Shown: positions 25,726 through 35,673 of the stretch, one piece after another
How the letters are laid out: each line of letters begins with the position of its first letter
How positions within the stretch are numbered: position 1 is the first letter of the stretch
Source of the DNA: a virus
Lineage: Duplodnaviria > Caudoviricetes
Length of the DNA stretch: 36,736 nt
Virus record (IMG/VR): IMGVR_UViG_3300030376_003833
Span: 1 to 36,736 of that record
Direction: 5' to 3' (one strand)
The notes under the pieces: model-generated
The model's input: only the letters and a program-made list of their open reading frames with translations
Database searches by the model: none
What the model was told of the DNA's origin: nothing
Program-made: the position numbers and the translations under genes

Positions 25726-26984
25726 TGGCTGATGATTTAACTATTGAAGGTATTTCTGCAAGTGAAGTTGTAGGAACGCAACAAGAAGCAGAGCAGGGTT
25801 CTGCACAATTTTCTCCAGGAGAGTTTGATGGACCTGAGCCTGATTTACTATATCGTGTAGGAGAACAATTCTATGTTTTATACGAGCTACCTTTAGATAG
25901 ATTAGGAATAGAAGATGAACCTCATTACATTATGTATACAGGAACTGGAGTTATTCCTGAATATGAATATAAAGCACAATCAGTATCACAAGAAGATTTA
26001 AAAAAAGTTTTGTCTGTATCTTTTGATTCAGGTGGATATGAAGAGATAGAAGATAAAACAGATGTTATTAATCAGTTTTACAATAGAATACTTAGAGCTG
26101 CAGATTCAAGACCATGGCTTTTAGAAAAAGAAACCACAGGAAAAAATAAAGGAAAGTATGTTTTGCTTTCAATGTTTGTTGAACAACTATTTGAACCTAA
26201 TGTACAAATATCAGTAGATGAATACAAAGCTGAATCAGCATTAATTAATGGATATACAAAAAGACAATTAGATTATTGGTCAGCTATTACCTACGGTGAA
26301 GACCCTGCAACAAATGCAGGACTTAGAAAACTACAACAAGAGTCAGCAATAAGCCTGGCTTCATTACTTAGAACTTATGCACCTGAAGGATTAAGTCAAG
26401 ATGTAGTTGAATTTTTATATAACAAAAGTTTAACTGGAGATTATGACCCTGCGTTTTTAGCAGAGCAAGTTAGATTTTTAGCTGCTCCTGAGTTTGCTTC
26501 TTTAGTAGACCCTGAACTAAAAGCTGTAGTTGGTGAAGTTCAAACAGGTACAAAAGTATTTGACCAACAAGCTAAACAAATAATTACAAAAGTTATGGGA
26601 CAAGGATTTTTAAATGATTTAGGAGAACAAGAGTTTAAAACTATAGCACAATCACTTATTGACCCTAATGGTGGAAGACTGTTAGAGGGTCAGTTGCAAG
26701 AGTTGTGGGATGCAGAACATCCAAATAAAAAAGGACAGAACTATGCATTAGCATCTGCTACTCCTAGAAAACTAGCTAATTCTATAACCAGTGGTTTAGA
26801 TGAGTATGGAAAAGACCAAGCATTTTTTAATGATTTAATGGAAGCAGAAAATCAAACAGAGATGAGTAAAATGTTACGTATGTATGGATTACAACAAGGA
26901 GATGAAAAAACAATTGGTAGTTTACAAGGCTCAATAGGAAGGTCTTTTAAAACAAAACCAATAAGTAGGTTCATGGCAAAATGA
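25725..26984 (+). CDS. Hypothetical, probable internal virion protein
   Basis: 419 aa, translationally coupled within the structural operon. Confidence 0.6.
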   Translation: MADDLTIEGISASEVVGTQQEAEQGSAQFSPGEFDGPEPDLLYRVGEQFYVLYELPLDRLGIEDEPHYIMYTGTGVIPEYEYKAQSVSQEDLKKVLSVSFDSGGYEEIEDKTDVINQFYNRILRAADSRPWLLEKETTGKNKGKYVLLSMFVEQLFEPNVQISVDEYKAESALINGYTKRQLDYWSAITYGEDPATNAGLRKLQQESAISLASLLRTYAPEGLSQDVVEFLYNKSLTGDYDPAFLAEQVRFLAAPEFASLVDPELKAVVGEVQTGTKVFDQQAKQIITKVMGQGFLNDLGEQEFKTIAQSLIDPNGGRLLEGQLQELWDAEHPNKKGQNYALASATPRKLANSITSGLDEYGKDQAFFNDLMEAENQTEMSKMLRMYGLQQGDEKTIGSLQGSIGRSFKTKPISRFMAK

Positions 26985-28150
26985 TAAGTAACGAAAAACT
27001 TTTAGAAAATAGTATTAGTAGAAATTTAAGAGATGATGATGGAAACGTTTATGTATTTAAAGATAATAACTATCTTAAAGTAAATACTCCTGAAGGATTA
27101 GATGAAGCATTAGCAGATGGTGGTGTAGCTATATCTAAAGCCTTGTTTGATAGTAGAAGCTATGGTCAAAGCAGTACATCTGTGTCTGTAGAATCAACAG
27201 GAGATTTACCAAACTATTTTAATTTATACACAAATCTTTTAAATAAAACAGAAGAAATATTATCAGATATATCAGATGAAGCTCCTGAAGCAGAAGAAGA
27301 ATTATTTGTACCTACAATAGAACAAGCAGGAGCATTAGTTCCATTTATGAGAAACAAAGGAAACCTACTACAGACCTATGTAGATACATGGGCAGCAACA
27401 GGTAACGACCAATTAGCATTACAGGCAGTCAGAGATTCTGACGAATACGAGACATACTTCCCTGGAAACTACAGGGTAGACCCAAGCACAGGACAACAAG
27501 CAGGAATAAGATATGATGAAGCTACCTATACAGCATTAACAGATGCTTATGATAGAGCATTTATAGAAGCAGGTCTTAACCCTGATGTGTTTAGAGAAGC
27601 TGAAGTTTACCCTGCCTTAGTTTCAGGAGATATAGGAAGTAACGAATTACAAGCTAGAATAAATTCTGCTAGACAAGCATTCATAGATAATCCATTAGCA
27701 GAAGATGTAAGAGCATATTATGCACAGAACTTTGATATAGAGATGAGTGATTCAGCTTTACTTGCTTCAGCTCTCGACCCAAATGTAGGAGAAGGAATAC
27801 TTAACAAAAGAATATCTGTATCTCAAATAGGAGCAGAAGCATCTAATAAAGCATTCGATATTACGTTACAAGAATCAGAAAGATTATATCAACTAGGAGT
27901 TACCGGTACAAAAGCAGCACAGTTGTTTAGTCAAGCTGAAGCATTATTAGGTAGAGTAGAAACATTAGCTGTATCTCAGGGAAGAGAAGAACTAGGGATA
28001 TCAGCTTACTTACAATCAGAAGCATTTGGAAGTCCACAACAACAGCAAAGATTTAGAAACATAATTTCACAACAAGCGTCAGAAAGTGCTGCAAATCTTG
28101 GAGCAAGAAGAACTCAATCAGGTGCAGTAACTGGCTTGACAGAAGCATAA
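26981..28150 (+). CDS. Hypothetical, probable internal virion protein
   Basis: 389 aa with YETYFPGN and an Ala/Gln-rich helical C-terminus. Confidence 0.6.
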   Translation: MISNEKLLENSISRNLRDDDGNVYVFKDNNYLKVNTPEGLDEALADGGVAISKALFDSRSYGQSSTSVSVESTGDLPNYFNLYTNLLNKTEEILSDISDEAPEAEEELFVPTIEQAGALVPFMRNKGNLLQTYVDTWAATGNDQLALQAVRDSDEYETYFPGNYRVDPSTGQQAGIRYDEATYTALTDAYDRAFIEAGLNPDVFREAEVYPALVSGDIGSNELQARINSARQAFIDNPLAEDVRAYYAQNFDIEMSDSALLASALDPNVGEGILNKRISVSQIGAEASNKAFDITLQESERLYQLGVTGTKAAQLFSQAEALLGRVETLAVSQGREELGISAYLQSEAFGSPQQQQRFRNIISQQASESAANLGARRTQSGAVTGLTEA

Positions 28151-28153
28151 TTC

Positions 28154-28162
28154 TGCTATACT
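28154..28162 (+). promoter_or_regulatory. Extended -10 promoter (TGnTATACT) for the scaffold-capsid unit
   Basis: TGCTATACT directly after the upstream stop codon. Confidence 0.6.
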
Positions 28163-28164
28163 AA

Positions 28165-28318
28165 ATTACATAGGGTGGCGAGTTCCCCTTCAAATAGGGT
28201 CGCAATTCTCTTGGACCTCCAAGGTGTCTAAGTGGTATTTCAGAAAGCCTTGTGTAATCAAAAGCAATTTCCATTTACCTAGCGATTGGATGTTTTATAT
28301 TGCTTTAAATAACGCTAG
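28165..28318 (+). ncRNA. Structured 5' leader: a multi-branch domain followed by an H-type pseudoknot next to the RBS
   Basis: ATTACATAGG/CCTTGTGTAAT encloses three hairpins. It is followed by the stem AAAGCAAT/ATTGCTTT, whose loop CTAGCG pairs with downstream CGCTAG. Confidence 0.55.
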
Positions 28319-28335
28319 AGAATAGAGGAGAAAAT

Positions 28336-28806
28336 ATGTCAGAAGACACAACAGCAAACGATACTAACAATGTAGAGGTAGAAGACGTAGAGTCAGCACC
28401 TATTGATAACTTACGTAATGCTTATAAACAAGAAAAAGCAGAACGTAAAGCACTTCAACAGGAACTGATGGACGTTGCTCTATCTTCAATGGGTCTTGAC
28501 CCTAGTAAGGGTATTGGTAAAGCTGTGCTTAAAACCTATGAAGGTAAACCAAACGTTGAAGAAATCAAAAGTTTCGTAACGGAAGAATTTGGAGACGTTG
28601 TAGAAGGCACACCTGCACCACAAGAAACAAAGAATGATGTATCAGATAATGTTATCCAAGCTCAGTCACGTGTAGAGCAATTAAATAAAATTGGCGTGTC
28701 CTCAGAACCAGTTGATGTTATGGATGCATTTAAAGAAGTTGTTAGCTCAGGAGACGTAAAGCAATCTATTGCAGCTAAATTAGCTATGATAGAAAAAACA
28801 AAATAG
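28336..28806 (+). CDS. Capsid scaffolding protein (putative)
   Basis: Acidic coiled-coil protein of 156 aa directly upstream of the capsid gene. GAGGAG RBS. Confidence 0.7.
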   Translation: MSEDTTANDTNNVEVEDVESAPIDNLRNAYKQEKAERKALQQELMDVALSSMGLDPSKGIGKAVLKTYEGKPNVEEIKSFVTEEFGDVVEGTPAPQETKNDVSDNVIQAQSRVEQLNKIGVSSEPVDVMDAFKEVVSSGDVKQSIAAKLAMIEKTK

Positions 28807-28833
28807 TAACAATTAACATATAGGAGATAAATC

Positions 28834-29928
28834 ATGGGACCAATATCAACCCCTGACCCAATTTACGCTTCCGATATAAATAATTTTCAAGGAGAATTAT
28901 TTAGAGTCGGAGGACAAAGAACACCTTTCCTATCTGCTATGGGTGGGCTAAGTGGAGGTGGAAAAGTTATACAATCAACTTTCTTCCAATTCCAAACAGC
29001 CGATAATGCTACTATCTCTTCCGCACCAACAGAAGGCACAGAAGGCGGAGCGCCAACTGAATACCTTGGTCGTAATAGAGGAGCATATACTCAGGTAACA
29101 CAGATATTTCACAAAGGTGTGAAAATGTCATACACAGCTATGGCAGCCTACAATCAACAAAATGCGTTTGATTTAGGAGCAGCAGGATATAGTACATCAG
29201 ATGGTGATGGAACATTAACTGCTGACGACAAGTTAGCTCTATTTGGAGGTAACCCAGTAACAGACGAAATGGCAGAACAGCTCGAACTAGCTCTTGAAAA
29301 AGTAGCTAGAGAAGTAGAGTACTTTGCTATTAATGGCGTATTCGCTGACGGTACACACGCTTCTAACCCTATTGGAGACAATAGAACATTTAGAGGATTG
29401 GCAGCTCACTGTGCATTAAATGGAGGAAATAAATACTTCAATACTGCTACAGAAGCTACCGGTGGTACTGCTAAGAAACTTGATTGGGACGGCATTGCCG
29501 CTTCATTAAAGACTCTTTATGATGCAAACGCACCAGTTAAAAACCCTGTTCTTTTGGTTAACTCAGCTAACTTATTAGAACTTAACAAGCAATTACTATC
29601 ACCACAAACAGGTGGTACAACTGCTACTATCCTTCCACGTGAAAGAAACGTTGGTGGTGTAGATATCGATACCGTTATCACACCATTCGGTTCTATTGGA
29701 ATGATGGTTCTTGACGGCAATATCTTAGGAAGCAACGATGCTTTCATAGTTGACATGGCTTATGTCAACCCTATCTTCACAAACATTCCTGGTAAGGGAA
29801 CAGTATTCGTGAGAGATATTGACCAAGATGACAATGCTAGAGTTGCAAAAGCAATCTACATGGAAATGGGAATCGACTTCGGTCCTCCACAATATCATTT
29901 GCATATAGATGAAATTGCTACTCCGTAG
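28834..29928 (+). CDS. Major capsid protein (SU10/DUF5309-like)
   Basis: TPFLSAMG, TQIFHKGVKMSYT, REVEYFAING and TVITPFG motifs. Strongly biased codons, AGGAG RBS, followed by a terminator. Confidence 0.85.
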   Translation: MGPISTPDPIYASDINNFQGELFRVGGQRTPFLSAMGGLSGGGKVIQSTFFQFQTADNATISSAPTEGTEGGAPTEYLGRNRGAYTQVTQIFHKGVKMSYTAMAAYNQQNAFDLGAAGYSTSDGDGTLTADDKLALFGGNPVTDEMAEQLELALEKVAREVEYFAINGVFADGTHASNPIGDNRTFRGLAAHCALNGGNKYFNTATEATGGTAKKLDWDGIAASLKTLYDANAPVKNPVLLVNSANLLELNKQLLSPQTGGTTATILPRERNVGGVDIDTVITPFGSIGMMVLDGNILGSNDAFIVDMAYVNPIFTNIPGKGTVFVRDIDQDDNARVAKAIYMEMGIDFGPPQYHLHIDEIATP

Positions 29929-29940
29929 TAATTAATAATT

Positions 29941-29980
29941 ACAAGATTAGGGTGGAACTCCACCTCCACCCTTTTCTTGT
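29941..29980 (+). terminator. Intrinsic terminator after the capsid gene
   Basis: AGGGTGGA-actccacc-TCCACCCT followed by TTTCTT, extended by ACAAGA/TCTTGT. Confidence 0.8.
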
Positions 29981-29988
29981 GCTATAGT
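29980..29988 (+). promoter_or_regulatory. Extended -10 promoter (TGnTATAGT) for the tail unit
   Basis: TGCTATAGT, the same pattern as 28154, ending 9 nt before ATG 29998. Confidence 0.55.
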
Positions 29989-29997
29989 GAGGAAGAT

Positions 29998-30336
29998 ATG
30001 TACAAAGTTAACGTTAAACAAGTAACAATAGATGTTTCTGCCAATGGCACACAATCTAGTAGTGTAAACACTGATGGCATGTTGCTAACAGGAATAGTAT
30101 TTCCTGCGGCTATGACAGGCTCTGCAATTACTTTTGACTTTTCTGTTGATGGAACAAATTTTTATGATGTAAAAGAAACAGATGGAACAGATGTAAGTTA
30201 CACAGTATCAGCAGGAGATGTAGTAAGAGTTGACCCTAGTGGTTGGGCTTTTGCTTCAAGTGGTTTTATTAGACTAACTTCAGGAAGTACTGAAGCAGCA
30301 GACAGAGATATTTTATTAATATTTAGAACAGCCTAG
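29998..30336 (+). CDS. Small beta-rich virion protein, start re-assigned to ATG 29998
   Basis: GAGG RBS before the ATG. The track start (TTG 29977) lies within the terminator. Confidence 0.75.
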   Translation: MYKVNVKQVTIDVSANGTQSSSVNTDGMLLTGIVFPAAMTGSAITFDFSVDGTNFYDVKETDGTDVSYTVSAGDVVRVDPSGWAFASSGFIRLTSGSTEAADRDILLIFRTA

Positions 30337-30344
30337 GAGGTCCA

Positions 30345-31340
30345 ATGAGTACAACTATTGGTGACCTAGTAGATAGGACTTTTAGAGAGTACCTAGAACC
30401 TATGGAAGACATAGTAAGTTATACAACTCTTACATCAGGTGTTAATGCAACAGCTACAAGTATTACTTTTGATGGTGATTTATTGTCAGTTGAAGAAGAA
30501 GATGCATTAGACGCAGGTACAATAATTGAAATAAATCAAGAGCTTATGATAGCAACAGACCTTAATGCTGTTACTAATACAGTTACAGTTAAAAGAGGTG
30601 CAAGAGGAACAACTGCAGCTGCACATTCATCAGGAGATTTAATTAAAATAGCTCCACCATTTCCACGTAAAAATGTATTTGATGCTGTATGTGACCAAAT
30701 TAAAAATTTATACCCTACAATATTTGCAACTGAAACTAAGTCACTTACGGCTTCAACAGGATATCAAATATTGAATGGTGCAACTGATAATTATTTAGTG
30801 CAACCTCTTAAAGCTATATCACAGTACACAGACTTTACTACAGGTTCAGACCAAACAGGTACACAGTTTAGAGGAGTATCAGTAGAGTTAGTAGATTTAC
30901 CTAATCCATTTACTTATACAGATGCTAACGGTGCATCTCAAACAGTTACATATACAACAGGTCCATCAGTAGTTCATGCATTACATAACTATGGAATTTC
31001 TGCAGGTCAGGATATGTTTGTAACTTTTAAAAAGAAATTTATAGACCCTACTGCTGAGGCAAATACTCTAGCAACTGTTGGTTTAGAAGATGAATATGAA
31101 CCAATAATTATGGCAGGTGTTGCAGCACAAATGATTGCAGGAAAAGACATACCTTCATCTACAGCAGATTATATTACAGACCAAATAGGAGTTGCTAGCT
31201 TTCCTGTTGGTAGTGCAACAAGTATTCGTAACTCATTACTTGCTTATCAAAGAGCATTAATAGAACAAGCTCGAAAGGATTTAAGAGCTAGGTTTCCTGA
31301 ACCAGTATCAATTAACAGTATTGTTTATCCTGCATCGTAA
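30345..31340 (+). CDS. Head-tail adaptor / tail tubular-like protein (putative)
   Basis: Position after the capsid, with the module IEINQELM...TVKRGARGTTAAAHSSG that is common in virion proteins. Confidence 0.55.
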   Translation: MSTTIGDLVDRTFREYLEPMEDIVSYTTLTSGVNATATSITFDGDLLSVEEEDALDAGTIIEINQELMIATDLNAVTNTVTVKRGARGTTAAAHSSGDLIKIAPPFPRKNVFDAVCDQIKNLYPTIFATETKSLTASTGYQILNGATDNYLVQPLKAISQYTDFTTGSDQTGTQFRGVSVELVDLPNPFTYTDANGASQTVTYTTGPSVVHALHNYGISAGQDMFVTFKKKFIDPTAEANTLATVGLEDEYEPIIMAGVAAQMIAGKDIPSSTADYITDQIGVASFPVGSATSIRNSLLAYQRALIEQARKDLRARFPEPVSINSIVYPAS

Positions 31341-33304
31341 TGCCTAGAATACCTACCTCTAGTAACATTAAAAATCCTAAAAGATATGGATACGATGTTT
31401 CTATAGATAATATATATTTAAGAACTGCAGTTGGTCCTGGAAGAGAAATGCAAATACAATCCTCCGGTGTTCAAGAGGGACAAATAAATGTTAAACAAAA
31501 CCCTGAAGATTTTACATCTAATCTAGGTAGAATTTATTCAAGAAATAATTTCACAGGTGGTCAGGGATTAGACACCGCACATAGAGCAAGTGGAACATCT
31601 AAAGACACTACAAGATTTTGGGATAGCAAAGGTGTTGATGTATTTCATGGTGATGATGAAACCTCTTATCATACACATTTATTATTTACAACAGCGTCAG
31701 AATTAACATTAAGTAGCTCTAATAACTATATAGCTCAAACAACTAATGGTGACTTGTATGTAACAGATGGTACAGCAATTAAAAAATCAACTAACAACGG
31801 AGATGATTGGAGTACTGTATCTACAGGTTTAACTATTAATCATAATTTTACAGGTGCTGCTGCAGTAGGAGACCAGGTATATTTTACAACAGCAAATGGA
31901 ACTTCAGGTTCAAAATTAATATTGTATAACGGTTCTTCATTTTCAGAACTATCTCATGACCAAACATCAAATGGATTAACAGGAGTTTGGTTTCAAAAAA
32001 ATCAATTATTTATATCAGGAGATGATGGCACAGTAGGTTATCTTTGGGCTGTATCTCCTTTAGGAAAATCATGGACATCTTCTGACTTAACAGAAGCAAG
32101 TGCATTATTAACATTTGAAGATAGTCATTCTATATCTCAAGTTGTAGACGCAGGTGCAGTAGTTTTAGCTGCTTCTACAAGTGGTGATATATTTTCTATT
32201 AAAGATATATCAGGAACTATGACTCTTAAAGGTCAAACTAATATACCTTTTGAAGAAGTACATTCAATAGCTGCTGCAGAAGGAATTATATTTTTTGGTA
32301 CAAAAGAAAAAGCAAGAAGTGTAGGTAGATTTTATCGTGCAGATTTATCAGTAGCTGATGATTTATACGTATTATCTAACAGACAATTAATAAAAGAATG
32401 GGTTGTATCAGGACAAGACACAACACCAAAACACATGTTTGTGTCAAGGGACAGTGTATATACAGGTGTAAAAGAAAGCGGTAGTGAAAGTTATTTATGG
32501 AGATATTATTTACCTACTGCAGGATTTGCAAGAGATTTAGAAATGGGAGCTTCAGGTTTTATTACAGGTATTACACAATCTAATGGTAAGTTTTTAATTG
32601 TTGTTGAATCTTCAGGTGTATTTAAAGAAACTTCAACTTTTGAATCAGAAGGATATTTAATACTATCTGCTGCAGATTTCTTTACGGCAGAAAGTAAACA
32701 ATTTGTAGGAGCAGAGTTATCAACATTTACACTTGCAACAAATACATCTATTGATTTATTTTATTCTACAAAATTTGAAGCATTAGATAATCCTGATGAC
32801 TCTAGTTTTATTAAAGCATTTACACAAGTAGGTGGTGTTGGAGATACTGAGCAACAGATAGAAGAAGTAAGTAGGTATATTGTTGGAAAAGTAGTTTTAA
32901 AAACAAGTGATGGTGCAAGTACACCAAAAGTTAAGTCTATACAATTTAGAGCATTAGCAAGACCTGAACTTGTAGTAGCACAAATACCAATAAATATATC
33001 TGATAGAGTTGAGAGACCTGGAAGAAAACCAATTAAAGTAAAAGGTTTAGGTGACGCTTTATATTCTACACTTAGAGACAAAGAGGGAGACTCAGTAACA
33101 GTAGAAATATTTAGTCCACAGGAAATAATTAAAGGTGTAGTTGAAAGAATTAGTTATCCAATTTCTTCTAATGTTGAAAGAGGTAGCGTAATGCAGTATG
33201 CTATTATTACAGTAAGAGGAACTAGGCAAGCTAGTTTGGATGATATTACAAGTATTCATGTACTTGGTATTAACGCACTAGGACAAGTCAGGTTCGGTGC
33301 ATAG
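31340..33304 (+). CDS. Tail nozzle / tail tubular B-like beta-rich protein (putative)
   Basis: 654 aa, beta-propeller-like composition including the Asp-box STNNGDDW, and gene position. Confidence 0.55.
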   Translation: MPRIPTSSNIKNPKRYGYDVSIDNIYLRTAVGPGREMQIQSSGVQEGQINVKQNPEDFTSNLGRIYSRNNFTGGQGLDTAHRASGTSKDTTRFWDSKGVDVFHGDDETSYHTHLLFTTASELTLSSSNNYIAQTTNGDLYVTDGTAIKKSTNNGDDWSTVSTGLTINHNFTGAAAVGDQVYFTTANGTSGSKLILYNGSSFSELSHDQTSNGLTGVWFQKNQLFISGDDGTVGYLWAVSPLGKSWTSSDLTEASALLTFEDSHSISQVVDAGAVVLAASTSGDIFSIKDISGTMTLKGQTNIPFEEVHSIAAAEGIIFFGTKEKARSVGRFYRADLSVADDLYVLSNRQLIKEWVVSGQDTTPKHMFVSRDSVYTGVKESGSESYLWRYYLPTAGFARDLEMGASGFITGITQSNGKFLIVVESSGVFKETSTFESEGYLILSAADFFTAESKQFVGAELSTFTLATNTSIDLFYSTKFEALDNPDDSSFIKAFTQVGGVGDTEQQIEEVSRYIVGKVVLKTSDGASTPKVKSIQFRALARPELVVAQIPINISDRVERPGRKPIKVKGLGDALYSTLRDKEGDSVTVEIFSPQEIIKGVVERISYPISSNVERGSVMQYAIITVRGTRQASLDDITSIHVLGINALGQVRFGA

Positions 33305-33311
33305 GAGATAA

Positions 33312-34319
33312 ATGACAGCACAAGAAGTTAAGTTTTCAAATTTTTATGAAAGTACACTTGCTAGCCTCATGGCTTCAAGTGCTACATCAGGTACACTAAC
33401 AGCAGCTCCTACATCTAATGGAACAAGCAATATATCCGTACCTTATTATTTAGTTGTAGACCCTGATGAACAAAGCAAGAGAGAAGTTATATTAGTAACT
33501 GCTGCTTCAGGAGTATCTATGACAACAATACAAAGAGATAAAGAAGGAAGACATAGTGGTTCTCCACCTGACCACCAAGCTGACACAGTTGTTCGTATGG
33601 CAGTTGTTAAAGAAATGTTTGAAGACATACATGACAGAGTAGATGCTGCAGGTGATGTAACAGGTACATCTACAACTACGTTTACTAATAAAACATTTAA
33701 TGCTGATGGTACAGGAAACTCTATAACTAACATTGAAAACGCAGACATTAAAGCTGCTGCTGCAATAGATGCAGCTAAAATACACAATGGTAATGTATCT
33801 AATACAGAGTTTGGTTATTTAGATGGTGTATCTTCTGCTATACAAACACAGTTAGATAATATTACAGCAGGTACATCTACACTTACTGTACCTATCACAG
33901 TAAAAGTTGCTGATGATGGTTCAGGTTCACAAAATGTTTTTTACTTTTTAAATGGTTCTGACTCAGGAGCAGGTACAAGGTCAACTAACTTTGTATTTAA
34001 AGTTGGTTTTAAATATAAGTTTGATACATCCGATAGTTCTTTATCGGGGCATAATTTTAAATTTTCAGTAACAAAAGATAACTCAGGTAGTTCAGAATTT
34101 ACTACTAATGTAACAACTGCAGGTACACCAGGAAGTGCAAATGCTTCTACAACAATAGAGATTACACCTGAAACTCTAGGTATAGCAGGTGCTACAAGTA
34201 TTTTATATTATTATTGTAGTAATCACTCAGGAATGGGTGGTAATGGTAAGATTAGTTTAGATGCAGGTAGTGCATTCAAACTTAATGGTGCAAAGCAATT
34301 CTTTGCACTTAATGGATAG
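33312..34319 (+). CDS. Tail fibre-like protein with a C-terminal YYYCxxHxxM cupredoxin-like module
   Basis: Fibre motif EFGYLDGVSSAIQTQL, plus YKFDTSDSS...GH and LYYYCSNHSGMGG. Confidence 0.7.
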   Translation: MTAQEVKFSNFYESTLASLMASSATSGTLTAAPTSNGTSNISVPYYLVVDPDEQSKREVILVTAASGVSMTTIQRDKEGRHSGSPPDHQADTVVRMAVVKEMFEDIHDRVDAAGDVTGTSTTTFTNKTFNADGTGNSITNIENADIKAAAAIDAAKIHNGNVSNTEFGYLDGVSSAIQTQLDNITAGTSTLTVPITVKVADDGSGSQNVFYFLNGSDSGAGTRSTNFVFKVGFKYKFDTSDSSLSGHNFKFSVTKDNSGSSEFTTNVTTAGTPGSANASTTIEITPETLGIAGATSILYYYCSNHSGMGGNGKISLDAGSAFKLNGAKQFFALNG

Positions 34320-34330
34320 TAGGAGAATAA

Positions 34331-34666
34331 ATGGCAAGTGGTGTTTTAGGACAAGCAGTAATTACATCAGGCACATCAGGTGCTTCTTTGGTAGTGTACA
34401 CAGTACCTGCAGGGAAGTTAGCTGTATGTAATGTAAATATTGCAAGTATATCTGCATCAACACAAACTATTGACTTAGCAATTCCTAACGAAACAGATGG
34501 TTCTTTTGACAGCTTAGACCTGTTAGAAGATGATACTTCTTTAGCAGAAGCAGATGTTCTTGAAAGAACAAACATTGTGCTTGAAGCAGGTAGAAGTGTT
34601 GTAGTAACATCATCTGATGGTACAGGTGTAGCAGTCAATGTTTATGGCGTTGAAGAGGATGTATAA
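34331..34666 (+). CDS. Small virion structural protein
   Basis: MASGVLG...VYTVPAG...VNVYGVEE pattern, AGGAG RBS. Confidence 0.7.
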   Translation: MASGVLGQAVITSGTSGASLVVYTVPAGKLAVCNVNIASISASTQTIDLAIPNETDGSFDSLDLLEDDTSLAEADVLERTNIVLEAGRSVVVTSSDGTGVAVNVYGVEEDV

Positions 34667-35013
34667 TGGGTAGAAGAATAACACCTGTTCCTTCAGTATC
34701 AGGAACTGTTAAAAGTATTCAGCATATAAATTGCACTATTAATGAAAGTGGAACTGATACTGATATAAGTATAACTGCAGTATCTAATACAAATAAAGCG
34801 TATGTAGTAGAAAATAGTCAAATGGCTAATCATTATGGTGGATTTGAATATGGAGATAGAAATAGAAGTTCAGGAAACGCATCTAAACCACATGCTTATC
34901 TTTCAAGTACAACAAATGTAAAAGTACAATCTGATGAGTTAGATGTTTTTGGTGGTTATTCTTATGGAACTTCTAGTGCTACTTTTTATGGAAGTGTAAT
35001 AGAGGTAACATAA
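34666..35013 (+). CDS. Tail-associated protein, paralog A
   Basis: Shares GTVKSIQH, AVSNTNKAY and GSVIEVT with the next gene. Confidence 0.75.
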   Translation: MGRRITPVPSVSGTVKSIQHINCTINESGTDTDISITAVSNTNKAYVVENSQMANHYGGFEYGDRNRSSGNASKPHAYLSSTTNVKVQSDELDVFGGYSYGTSSATFYGSVIEVT

Positions 35014-35351
35014 TGGGAAGATTTGCACCAACCACAACAACTACAGGTACAGTTAAAAGCATTCAACATGTATCAGCAACTATGTCAAATGATGCAACAG
35101 TAAACATTACAATTAGTGCAGTATCTAATACAAATAAAGCGTATATAATTAGTGCAGGAGAAAGTTCAAGACAAGGTGGTGCAGCAGCTAACGACCAAGC
35201 AGCAAGAACAGGTCATGGTAGTAGTACAGGTGGTGCAAGATTAACGAACACTACAAATGTTGCAGTAAGCCAACCTAATATTGATATGTTTCCTTTGCAA
35301 TATTATAATACAAGTGGAACATATAGAGGAAGCGTAATAGAGGTAACATAA
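35013..35351 (+). CDS. Tail-associated protein, paralog B
   Basis: Same shared motifs as paralog A, TAATG coupling. Confidence 0.75.
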   Translation: MGRFAPTTTTTGTVKSIQHVSATMSNDATVNITISAVSNTNKAYIISAGESSRQGGAAANDQAARTGHGSSTGGARLTNTTNVAVSQPNIDMFPLQYYNTSGTYRGSVIEVT

Positions 35352-35671
35352 TGAAATTTGTTAAATTAACAACAGGTAATGTAGCAGAAGCTACAGTTGT
35401 ACCAATATCTGAATGGATAGATAAAGCTAATAATAGAAGTTTTGCAGGAGAAGGTTATATACAAATAACTGAAAGCATTGAAGATACAGAGGTGTTAACA
35501 GGATTATATAATTCTTCAGCAGAAGCTGATGGAATAAAAACTGTATCTAGTTTTACTTTACCTACAACAGACAGTAATGGAAAAAAAAGGTGGTACGACA
35601 AAGATACAGGTGTTTTAAAACAATACACCTACAATGATGAAGGTGTTATTACAGGTTCAGAAAACGCCTAA
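35351..35671 (+). CDS. Hypothetical protein, possible fibre assembly chaperone
   Basis: 106 aa, TAATG coupling. The function is inferred from position only. Confidence 0.6.
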   Translation: MKFVKLTTGNVAEATVVPISEWIDKANNRSFAGEGYIQITESIEDTEVLTGLYNSSAEADGIKTVSSFTLPTTDSNGKKRWYDKDTGVLKQYTYNDEGVITGSENA

Positions 35672-35673
35672 CT

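Noticed and set aside
28165-28258. tRNA gene
   Set aside because: No TTCRA T-loop, no canonical 7-nt anticodon arm and no CCA end.
34666-35353. Diversity-generating retroelement TR/VR pair
   Set aside because: The differences are not adenine-specific, the identical blocks are short, and no reverse transcriptase is present.
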